This document shows, piece by piece, positions 9,720-17,729 of a DNA stretch of 64,000 bases (position 1 is the first letter of the stretch; each line of letters begins with the position of its first letter). Source of the DNA: Turneriella sp. Its GTDB lineage: Bacteria > Spirochaetota > Leptospiria > Turneriellales > Turneriellaceae. Position numbers and translations under genes: made by a program. The DNA lies in contig CBDIID010000003.1 in NCBI GenBank assembly GCA_965279515.1, forward strand, positions 4,640,001-4,704,000, read 5' to 3'. The notes below the pieces were generated by a model that worked only from the letters and a program-made list of their open reading frames with translations, was not told the DNA's origin and made no database searches.

Positions 9720-10735
9720 CATCTTCGCCGCACCTCGTTCTTATTGCAATTTTTTCTTTTCTTGTCTTCAGTCCGCTCGCCGCGAAACAGTCGGCGTATC
9801 AGCGTGCGCAGGCGCTACTGGAGGATGACCCCCGCGAGGCTGAGGCGCTCTTAGTGCATTTCATCAGGCAGACGGGCAACGATAAGCTGAAGCGCGCGGC
9901 AGCGCATGAACTTTTTACACTGCGCCTCAAGCAGGGTCGTCTCGCGGAAGCTTTTCTCCAGGCGAAATCATCGGGTTTTAAAAAGAGATTTCTGTCGGCT
10001 GTCGAAGAGGGATTAAAAGTTTCGGAAAGTTCAGCCGGCCGCCTTGTCGCGGCGTTGCGGCAGGAGTGCGATGCCGGTGGCGATGCGGAAAAGATCGCTA
10101 TACTGCTGGGGAAAAACAAATTCCCTGTGGCTGCGTATAATTTTTCACTCACGGTGCTTGAGCGTTGCAAGGTCGAAGGGAGTGAGGCTATACTGCCGGA
10201 TTTTCCGGAGGAAGCGGAGAAGGTCGATGCACGCACGCTGAGCCTTGCACTTTTGGAAATCCGCGCAGCGATCAGCCGCGACGACACCGAAGAGGCCGAA
10301 GCCCTGCTGACCGAGGTGCGCAAAACCGCAGCAAATTTCCTGGAAAAGGAACCGGCATTTGCGCTACAACTGGATTTCACCGAGGCTCGCCTTTTTTCAA
10401 AAAAAGAAGATTTTAAGGCACTGGGTAACCGCTGCGCGGCTATCGAAAAAAAGAAACCGGCGCGTTGGCTGCGCAATGCCTGTCGTTTTATGACGGCGTA
10501 TGCGTATCTTAAACAGGAAAAATATGCCGAAGCTTATGCCAGGATCGCCAATCTTAAAATCGTACCTGTGGAGACGGACAACCGCCTGCTGCGCCTGACC
10601 GCCGCCGTCGCCGCCGATGAGGAGATACCGGAAAAACTCGAAAAATTTATGCGGCGTCGCTCGTATCCGGAATGCGCAGAGGTGCTGCGCAAACTCGCTG
10701 AAGAGATTTTGGAAATAAAGGCGCAAAATAGATAG
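9716..10735 (+). CDS. Exported helical/TPR-like hypothetical protein
   Basis: GTGA overlap with the PBP stop; signal peptide; start moved from 9641. Confidence 0.7.
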   Translation: MTSSPHLVLIAIFSFLVFSPLAAKQSAYQRAQALLEDDPREAEALLVHFIRQTGNDKLKRAAAHELFTLRLKQGRLAEAFLQAKSSGFKKRFLSAVEEGLKVSESSAGRLVAALRQECDAGGDAEKIAILLGKNKFPVAAYNFSLTVLERCKVEGSEAILPDFPEEAEKVDARTLSLALLEIRAAISRDDTEEAEALLTEVRKTAANFLEKEPAFALQLDFTEARLFSKKEDFKALGNRCAAIEKKKPARWLRNACRFMTAYAYLKQEKYAEAYARIANLKIVPVETDNRLLRLTAAVAADEEIPEKLEKFMRRRSYPECAEVLRKLAEEILEIKAQNR

Positions 10736-10768
10736 TGACGCCGTGCCGGGGCATTTCATCCTATTCAT

Positions 10769-13135
10769 ATGGCGAAAGTTAAAAAGCCCGGTGTCGTCGA
10801 TCGGACGAAAGATTTCTTCCTGAAAACTCTCTCCGGCGATTTTGACGAAACCCGCAAGTTCCAGCGGCGCCTGCAAACATCGATCAAATTCGGCATCGCT
10901 GCGGTGAACAAGTTTCTGGACGATGACGTGCTGTCAAAAGCGGCCGCCATCAGTTATGCGATCGTCGTCAGCTTTGTCCCCACGCTTGTCGTGGTGATGA
11001 TGCTGGGTTCCCGTTTTATCAATATCGAAGAACATTTCGATCAGTTGAACAATATGGCACGCCTCAGCGGTATGCAGATGGACCTCGAGCCTTATTTTAA
11101 TATTATCCGCGATTTTTTGAGAAATGCCGGTGCGATCGGCGGGATAGGATTGCTGGTGCTGATGTTTTCGGCAACGAGTGTGCTCAGAAACATCGAAGAT
11201 TCGATCAACAGAATCTGGCGCGTCAACCGCAGGCGGCCGATCGTGCAGAAGATCGCAGGTTTCATGATGGTAATCATCTTCGGCCCCCTGATTCTCGCGA
11301 TAGGCATCAGCTCGGCGCAGTGGGTTGTGCAGCAATTTGCGTCGCCGAATATCGGCCAGGTCAAAGTCGTGCGTGATACCGTGCAGATTCTCGGCGATCA
11401 GCATCTCTTTCTCGTGCAAAATGAGAAGGGAAAGCCGTTTCGGGAGAAGAATATCCTCAAACTCACGGATTTTAAAGCGGATAATGAAGTCATCGTCTAC
11501 AATCCGGCGCGAAACGTTATTCTGCCCGCGGACAGAAAAGACGTCTATGATCATGCGTCGCCGGCGACACGCAAGGGATTGCGCGATTCCATTTTCAGTG
11601 ATTATGCGCGCGTAGGCAATCGGGAATTTATTACGACGGAAAACGGCATTCTCGTCATGAGCAAAGACAACGGGCAAACATACCATGTGCGGAGGTTTTA
11701 CCGCCAGCACCGTGATCTCGTCGCAGAAACCGGTTTTAACCGTATTCAGTTTATAAGCGACCGCCAGGGTATCATTGCCGGCGACGACGGATTAATCCTG
11801 CGCACAACGGATGGCGGTGATACGTGGCAACCAGCCCACCAGCCAGGCGTTAACAGGCGACTTCGAGAGATTGCTCCTGTGAAACAGGGAGCGTGGGTCG
11901 TGCTCGGTGAAGATAACGCGGCGCTGATAACCGAAGACGGCGGCGAAACCTTCAAGCCCTACGAGGAACTCCTGAAAGCTGTCGGAAACAGGAAGGTGGC
12001 ATTTACGGGGCTTGCGCTGTCTGACCGTGCCGGTTATGCTGTCGGCGAGGCCGGGACTTTACTTGTGACCCGCGACCGCGGTCTGACCTGGAAATCCACC
12101 AGCATGGCCCCGAATATGTTCTTTGAAGACGTGGCGGTCGCGCCGAATGGCGTTGCCGTTGCAGTGGGTTTAGACGGATTGATCCGTTATTCAGAGTTCT
12201 TACCTGACGGGTCCATCCAGTGGCGGGAAGGCAAGGCAGACCGCGACGTGAACCTGCACGCGGTGCGTTATTATGCCAAAGAAAATAGTTTTGTGATTGG
12301 CGGGGATCATTACCACATGCTTTCGCATCAAATGACTTCGGTAAAGTATCCCGACGTCAGGGAATTTACAATCATTCAGAAAGCCCCGTTCTGGCGTCGG
12401 CTGGTTTCCGCGCTGGGGAACGTGTTGATACCGTTTCTTGTGATCTTCATCCTGTTCTTCCTGATTTATAAGGTGATTCCTTTTACCAATGTCGATTTCA
12501 AGGCGGCTGCGATAGGCGCTGCGGCGACTTCAATATCGTGGGTGATTTTTCTCCTCTTGTACAAGTTTTACGTAATGAATTTCTCCAAGGGGACTGCAGC
12601 GCTGTATGGTACTTTGGCGCTGGTCCCTCTGACCCTGCTCTTGCTCTATGTGTCGGCGCTCATCGTGCTGATCGGCGCCGAGATCGCTTTCTTTGTGCAG
12701 TATCCGCAGATGTTCCGCATGGACCAGAAGGCCAGTCTCGAAGAGCGGCAGAAACGGCAACTCTGGTACGGGCTGAGTCTCTTGCATAAGCTGATCGATA
12801 GTTTTAACAAGGGCAAGAACGACTGTACCACGGATACTCTGGTCAGTCATTGTAACGGCGACCAGGAGGAGTTTAAATTCCTCACGGACCGGCTAAAAGA
12901 GAAGGGGTATATCACGGAGACAGACGAGCACAAATGGCTCCTGACGATGAATCCCGATTTGATTCAGGTGGCTGAAATTGTCGAAGTGCTCGACCCGTCA
13001 GATTATTCGATTCCCGCTTATAGCCCCAAGAATCCGTTCATGCGCTCGGTTAAGGCTTACCTTGAGGAGCTCGAAGCAACCAAGGGCAAAGTGTTCCGTA
13101 AGGTGACCTTTTCCGATCTGATGACCCAAAAATAG
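10769..13135 (+). CDS. YihY/BrkB-family membrane protein with inserted Asp-box beta-propeller and C-terminal wHTH-like region
   Basis: AAAISY..VSFVP, NRIWRV and LYGTLALVP YihY motifs; SKDNGQTY, TTDGGDTW, TEDGGETF and TRDRGLTW repeats. Confidence 0.85.
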   Translation: MAKVKKPGVVDRTKDFFLKTLSGDFDETRKFQRRLQTSIKFGIAAVNKFLDDDVLSKAAAISYAIVVSFVPTLVVVMMLGSRFINIEEHFDQLNNMARLSGMQMDLEPYFNIIRDFLRNAGAIGGIGLLVLMFSATSVLRNIEDSINRIWRVNRRRPIVQKIAGFMMVIIFGPLILAIGISSAQWVVQQFASPNIGQVKVVRDTVQILGDQHLFLVQNEKGKPFREKNILKLTDFKADNEVIVYNPARNVILPADRKDVYDHASPATRKGLRDSIFSDYARVGNREFITTENGILVMSKDNGQTYHVRRFYRQHRDLVAETGFNRIQFISDRQGIIAGDDGLILRTTDGGDTWQPAHQPGVNRRLREIAPVKQGAWVVLGEDNAALITEDGGETFKPYEELLKAVGNRKVAFTGLALSDRAGYAVGEAGTLLVTRDRGLTWKSTSMAPNMFFEDVAVAPNGVAVAVGLDGLIRYSEFLPDGSIQWREGKADRDVNLHAVRYYAKENSFVIGGDHYHMLSHQMTSVKYPDVREFTIIQKAPFWRRLVSALGNVLIPFLVIFILFFLIYKVIPFTNVDFKAAAIGAAATSISWVIFLLLYKFYVMNFSKGTAALYGTLALVPLTLLLLYVSALIVLIGAEIAFFVQYPQMFRMDQKASLEERQKRQLWYGLSLLHKLIDSFNKGKNDCTTDTLVSHCNGDQEEFKFLTDRLKEKGYITETDEHKWLLTMNPDLIQVAEIVEVLDPSDYSIPAYSPKNPFMRSVKAYLEELEATKGKVFRKVTFSDLMTQK

Positions 13136-13172
13136 GGTTATCCCCCATGAAAAAGCCGCCGACACTCAAAAG

Positions 13173-13847
13173 GTGAGGGCGGCTTTTTTTTCAGTATTGC
13201 TGGTACTTTGCCTGCCCGCTGCCGCCTCTGCACAACTCAGGCTCGATTATTATTATGACCAATCCGGCATGTTCACAAAATTTTCCGATTGGGTGCCCAA
13301 GCGGCTGCACCAGTGGAAGCCGCAGTTTGTTGAGGATTTTTTCCTGTTCTACGGCTTTAAACAGCATTCGCAGCAGGAAGAAATCCGCAGGAATATCTTT
13401 TTCCTGAAGATTGCCCTCGAAAAAAAGTTCCGCCATCCGCGCGAGGCGCTCTGCCTTATCCATAACCCGCAGGAATACCACAAATACCGCATGCTCATGC
13501 ATATGCACCTGAACCTGCAGATTATGAGATCGTACCTGCGCCTGGGATCGCTGTTTGACAAAAGGCATCTCTATTTCTACAACCTCGATTTTGCCCCTGA
13601 ACTTAAAAACTCATTCGCCGTGGCCGAAGGTTATTATCGCGAATCCATGCCCTACTGGAAAAAGGCGCGCGACCTGGCCATCGAGGCGTCTTCGTACAAT
13701 TTCGAGATCGATATGCCGGGCCTCGAGTCGATTCGGGCCGATATTCTTGCCGGCGACATCGATTATACGGTGTTCACGGGGAATCACCTTTTGCGTTTGA
13801 AACAGAAACAGCAAGAGGTCGAGAATTGGCTGGCGCAGAAAAAATAG
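13173..13847 (+). CDS. Exported hypothetical protein
   Basis: Signal peptide; 224 aa; in operon. Confidence 0.7.
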   Translation: MRAAFFSVLLVLCLPAAASAQLRLDYYYDQSGMFTKFSDWVPKRLHQWKPQFVEDFFLFYGFKQHSQQEEIRRNIFFLKIALEKKFRHPREALCLIHNPQEYHKYRMLMHMHLNLQIMRSYLRLGSLFDKRHLYFYNLDFAPELKNSFAVAEGYYRESMPYWKKARDLAIEASSYNFEIDMPGLESIRADILAGDIDYTVFTGNHLLRLKQKQQEVENWLAQKK

Positions 13848-15082
13848 AATACATACTCGCTTTAGGTTCGAATGTCGGCGACCGGCATGAAAACCTTGAA
13901 AAGGCCATCGGCCTTATCGGAAAGTTTGCCGAGGTTGTCAGTAAGTCGCAGATTCTCGAAACCTGGCCGATCTTGATCCGCGCGCAGGGCCGGTTTCTCA
14001 ACCAGGGGATCCTGATCGTCACCGACAAAAATCCCGCCGAAGTTCTCGCCGGAACACTCGAAGTCGAAAAGCAGATCGGGCGTAAAAAACGCATCAAAAA
14101 TGGGCCGCGCGAGATCGACATCGATATTATCTGGAGCTCGGCCGGAAGTGTCAATACGCGCGATCTCAGGATACCCCATCCGCATAACCGCGCGCGCGAA
14201 TGGGTTCGACAGATTATGCAAGAGCTTAAAGGCGACACCCTCGACGCCGAAAGTGGTATTCCATGGAAAAAAATTACAGGAAGATCGATCATGAATGTGA
14301 ATGATTTTGTAAAAAAGAAGGCTGCCGGAGAGAAAATCACCGTCGTCACCTGCTACGACCATGCCTTTGCACGGCTTATTGCCCGCACCTCGGTCGATGC
14401 CATACTGGTAGGCGACTCGCTGGGGAACGTCATCCAGGGAAATCCCAACACGCTTGCGGTTACCGTGGACGATATGGTCTACCACGCCCGTATCGTAAAG
14501 CGGGGGGCTCCGCAGGCCTTTATCATCGTCGACATGCCGTTTATGTCATACCAGACCGGTATCGAAGACGCGCTCAAAAATGCCGGCCGCATTATTAAAG
14601 AAACCGGAGCCGATGCCGTGAAACTCGAGGGCGGGGCAGAGGTTGCGCCACAGATACGTGCGCTTGTGCAAGCGGGTATTCCGGTGATGGGGCACCTGGG
14701 CCTCACGCCGCAGTCGCTTCTCGCATTCGGTGGCTACAAGGTGCAGGGAAAATCCGCCAATGCCGCGACGAAGATTTTATCAGACGCCAAAGCGATTGAA
14801 GAGGCGGGTGTCTTTGGCATGGTGCTCGAGATGGTGCCGGTGGTTTTGGGTGAGAAAATTTCCCAAGCACTGACAGTACCGACGATCGGCATTGGCGCCG
14901 GCGACAAGACCGACGGCCAGGTGCTTGTGCTCACCGATCTTTTGGGTCTCGACCCTGATTTTGTGCCGCGCTTTGTGCGTAAATATGCAGATTTGAGCGG
15001 CGCAGTGCTTGGCGCCCTGGAGAACTATGCTGCCGACGTCAGGCAGGGTAAATTTCCTTCTGAAAAAGAATCTTTCTCCTGA
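13826..15082 (+). CDS. folK-panB: In-frame FolK (HPPK) + PanB (ketopantoate hydroxymethyltransferase) fusion
   Basis: LALGSNVGDR, GPREIDIDI and IPHP (FolK); TCYD, LVGDSLG, VDMPF, VKLEGG and GHLGLTPQ (PanB); no stop between them. Confidence 0.9.
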   Translation: MAGAEKIEYILALGSNVGDRHENLEKAIGLIGKFAEVVSKSQILETWPILIRAQGRFLNQGILIVTDKNPAEVLAGTLEVEKQIGRKKRIKNGPREIDIDIIWSSAGSVNTRDLRIPHPHNRAREWVRQIMQELKGDTLDAESGIPWKKITGRSIMNVNDFVKKKAAGEKITVVTCYDHAFARLIARTSVDAILVGDSLGNVIQGNPNTLAVTVDDMVYHARIVKRGAPQAFIIVDMPFMSYQTGIEDALKNAGRIIKETGADAVKLEGGAEVAPQIRALVQAGIPVMGHLGLTPQSLLAFGGYKVQGKSANAATKILSDAKAIEEAGVFGMVLEMVPVVLGEKISQALTVPTIGIGAGDKTDGQVLVLTDLLGLDPDFVPRFVRKYADLSGAVLGALENYAADVRQGKFPSEKESFS

Positions 15083-15083
15083 T

Positions 15084-15884
15084 ATGTTGAAGGAAAATAC
15101 ACCGGCCAAAATTGCCCTGGTCACGGGGGCGAGCAAGGGGTTGGGATTCTCCCTGGCGCAAAAACTCTCGGCCGCAGGGTACACAGTCATTCTCAATGCG
15201 CGCACGGCTAAAGATCTGGAAGCCGCGCGGAAACAAATGCCGCGGCCAGCCGCGGTATTGGCCGCAGATGTTTCAGATGCGCATTTTGGTGCGGCGTTGC
15301 AGAAACTGATGCTGAGGGAGAAGTTCCCGCATCTCGATCTCGTCGTCCATTCGGCCGCCATCAATCATATGGGTACAGTGCGTGATACAAAACCGGAGAA
15401 TGCCGCGGCGACGTTTCGTGCCAATACGTTTTCTGTTATCTCCCTGGCGCAGGCGACACGTACTTATCTTGAAAAATCGGCTGAGCCGCAGTTCGTTCTG
15501 GTTTCGAGCCTCATGCAATATTTTTCGATGCCCGGCCGCAGCGTCTATGCCGCCTCGAAGGCAGCCGCCGAACAAATCACGGCCGCATGGGCGCATGAGT
15601 TAAAGGCGGAGCGCAGCAGTATAAAGGTGAAGATTTTCCGTCCGGCGGGCATCCAGACAGGTTTTCATGGCAACACCAAAACAGACGGGTCATCGCCGCG
15701 TTCCGAAGTTTCACGCATGTCAGCGGATGATGCCGCCGGTCATCTGGTACAGTTAATCCATTCCGGTGCTGCCGAGTTGGCGCCGGGAGCCATGAACAAG
15801 GTGGTTGCTTTTGTCGCCCGGCATTTTCCGGGACTTACAGATTACCTGGTTCAGCGCCGGTTCAGGCGCAACCTGGGCAATTAG
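15084..15884 (+). CDS. Short-chain dehydrogenase/reductase
   Basis: TGASKGLG and YAASK; ATG 1 nt after the panB stop. Confidence 0.9.
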   Translation: MLKENTPAKIALVTGASKGLGFSLAQKLSAAGYTVILNARTAKDLEAARKQMPRPAAVLAADVSDAHFGAALQKLMLREKFPHLDLVVHSAAINHMGTVRDTKPENAAATFRANTFSVISLAQATRTYLEKSAEPQFVLVSSLMQYFSMPGRSVYAASKAAAEQITAAWAHELKAERSSIKVKIFRPAGIQTGFHGNTKTDGSSPRSEVSRMSADDAAGHLVQLIHSGAAELAPGAMNKVVAFVARHFPGLTDYLVQRRFRRNLGN

Positions 15885-16351
15885 AAGCGGTACTGGTATT
15901 CTAAGCCAAAGCTTATCTGTTTCATTTCCGGTGTGACCGGCGATGACAGTGCCTTCGAAGAGCCGCGGTAGAAATAGACACCCGATAAGAAAAAGCCCGC
16001 CCCGACGAGTGAGGTGGTGAAGGCAATGGGATCGTACGACCCCAGGAAACCACAGTTATCCTTGCAATCGCGTTGCTCTGTTCCGAATAACAGCGTTAAT
16101 CCCATGGCCAGCAGCGCCACACCGATCAGCATACTGGGTTTGCCCGGATGGTCGATGTCGGCAATTTGCGAGTTCGCAATACGTTTTCGGCCGTCCTTCG
16201 TTTCGATATGAACCGACTCGCTGTCGGAACCCAGAATTTTTCCCGAGACTTCGCTGCGGTCTTGCAGCACGAGAGTTGCAGAAGACGAACAACGCACCAG
16301 GAAGACCAAGGCAAGGAACAGGGAGATGGCGCGCATGGTAAATGATGGCAT
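15881..16351 (-). CDS. Small hypothetical lipoprotein/membrane protein
   Basis: Signal ending FLVRC; beta-rich N-domain; two hydrophobic segments. Confidence 0.65.
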   Translation of the reverse strand: MPSFTMRAISLFLALVFLVRCSSSATLVLQDRSEVSGKILGSDSESVHIETKDGRKRIANSQIADIDHPGKPSMLIGVALLAMGLTLLFGTEQRDCKDNCGFLGSYDPIAFTTSLVGAGFFLSGVYFYRGSSKALSSPVTPEMKQISFGLEYQYRF

Positions 16352-16405
16352 AAGCTCCGCCGGGTATCAAAAACGAAACAGAAAAGACAGCATTATTGGC
16401 TGCGC

Positions 16406-17506
16406 TTAATCCTGCCGCCAGATGACGTGGGCGTTCAGGAAATAGTTCCAAAATGAGGCGATGACGATGCCGACGGTGTTTGCCAGGTAAATATTGAGGT
16501 TTAAGAAGTGGGAAAGATGCAGCGCCACCGCATAATTGATGTAGGCGCCTGTCAGGCAGACCGCTTGAAAATAGATGAATCCCCTGAGCAGGGCGATGCC
16601 CGTGCGCAGCATGGAATCCCGGAAGGTGAAGAGATTGTTGACGAAAAAATTCGATACAATCGCCGCCTCGATGGCCAGCAATAATGCCCGCTCATCCGGA
16701 AGGGCAAAAAAATGCCGGCTGAGCCAGAAGACCGACTGGTTGACGACGATGCCTGACATACCCACGAGAACGAACTGGATATACTTTCGCGAGACCAGGC
16801 CGCCGAAACGCAGCTCGGCCAGCGCGACAAGATAGTTCAGCATGACGCCGCCGGTCAGCTTACTTTCACCGTGCGTCCGGTTACGAAAAACATAACCGAC
16901 TTCGGAAATTTTAATCCCCCGGGCCCGTGTCGCTATTTCCAGCAGTATCTTGAAACCCCTCGGGTTGATCTGCGGCGCGATTTTTTTGAAGAGCTCGTTC
17001 GTCAGCGCGAAGTAGCCGCTCATCGGGTCAGAAGGCAGTTTCGGAAACAGCATCTGCGCCATCACCGTTGCACCCCATGAAATGAACCGGCGTGTCTTCG
17101 ACCAGCCCTCGTATCCGCCGTCCTGGGTTTTACGGCTTGCGACGACGAGGTCGGCTCCGGCTTCGAGGCGGGCGACAATGGCTGGCAGAATCTTCTCGTC
17201 GTGCTGCAGGTCGGCGTCGATGACGGCGAGGTATTTTCCCTGCGCCATCTGGAAGCCGTCCATCACAGCTGGTGATAATCCCCTGTTATGCATGCGGCAG
17301 ATGGCGCGCACAGAGCCGTATTTTTTCCCGAGTGCCAGGGCTTTTTCATAGGTTTTGTCGGGTGAATTATCGTCGGCGACGATAATTTCGTGGGGTATCT
17401 TCACGAGCAGCCGGTGCAGGCGCGGTATCAGGATCGCGATATTTTCAGCTTCGTTATACGTCGGAATGACAATCGAAATGACGGGTGGCTTTTTTTTCGG
17501 CGGCAT
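16406..17506 (-). CDS. GT2 polyprenol-phosphate glycosyltransferase fused to GtrA-like domain
   Basis: IPTYNE, DDNSPD, DADLQH and DPMSGYF; C-terminal 4-TM GtrA-like segment. Confidence 0.92.
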   Translation of the reverse strand: MPPKKKPPVISIVIPTYNEAENIAILIPRLHRLLVKIPHEIIVADDNSPDKTYEKALALGKKYGSVRAICRMHNRGLSPAVMDGFQMAQGKYLAVIDADLQHDEKILPAIVARLEAGADLVVASRKTQDGGYEGWSKTRRFISWGATVMAQMLFPKLPSDPMSGYFALTNELFKKIAPQINPRGFKILLEIATRARGIKISEVGYVFRNRTHGESKLTGGVMLNYLVALAELRFGGLVSRKYIQFVLVGMSGIVVNQSVFWLSRHFFALPDERALLLAIEAAIVSNFFVNNLFTFRDSMLRTGIALLRGFIYFQAVCLTGAYINYAVALHLSHFLNLNIYLANTVGIVIASFWNYFLNAHVIWRQD

Positions 17507-17579
17507 AATGTCAGTTTTGACGGCACTTTTGGATGGAGTATCCGGAAAATTGAGCCGTGGAAGGAACTTCCTTTACATG

Positions 17580-17722
17580 AAAGCCCTGAGCGTTCTGAGC
17601 GAAAAATATCCGGACCGGCAGGCAACTTGAAAAGCGTAGGGGCCAGCCCCGTAGAGGGGGATTACTCATTCCAAGGAGGAATCGGGTCCCTGAGAACGCG
17701 CGTAAATCGCGAATTGGGCGGG
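17580..17722 (+). ncRNA. Candidate structured ncRNA, 6S-like
   Basis: Nested long-range pairings GCCC/GGGC, GCGTTCT/AGAACGC and GGACC/GGTCC enclosing short hairpins, in a ~220-nt intergenic gap. Confidence 0.4.
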
Positions 17723-17729
17723 GATTGAC

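Noticed and set aside
17586..17642. TPP riboswitch (CTGAG and AGCGTAGGG motifs)
   Set aside because: The P5 stem-loop (GnTAAT) is missing and the downstream gene is unrelated to thiamine
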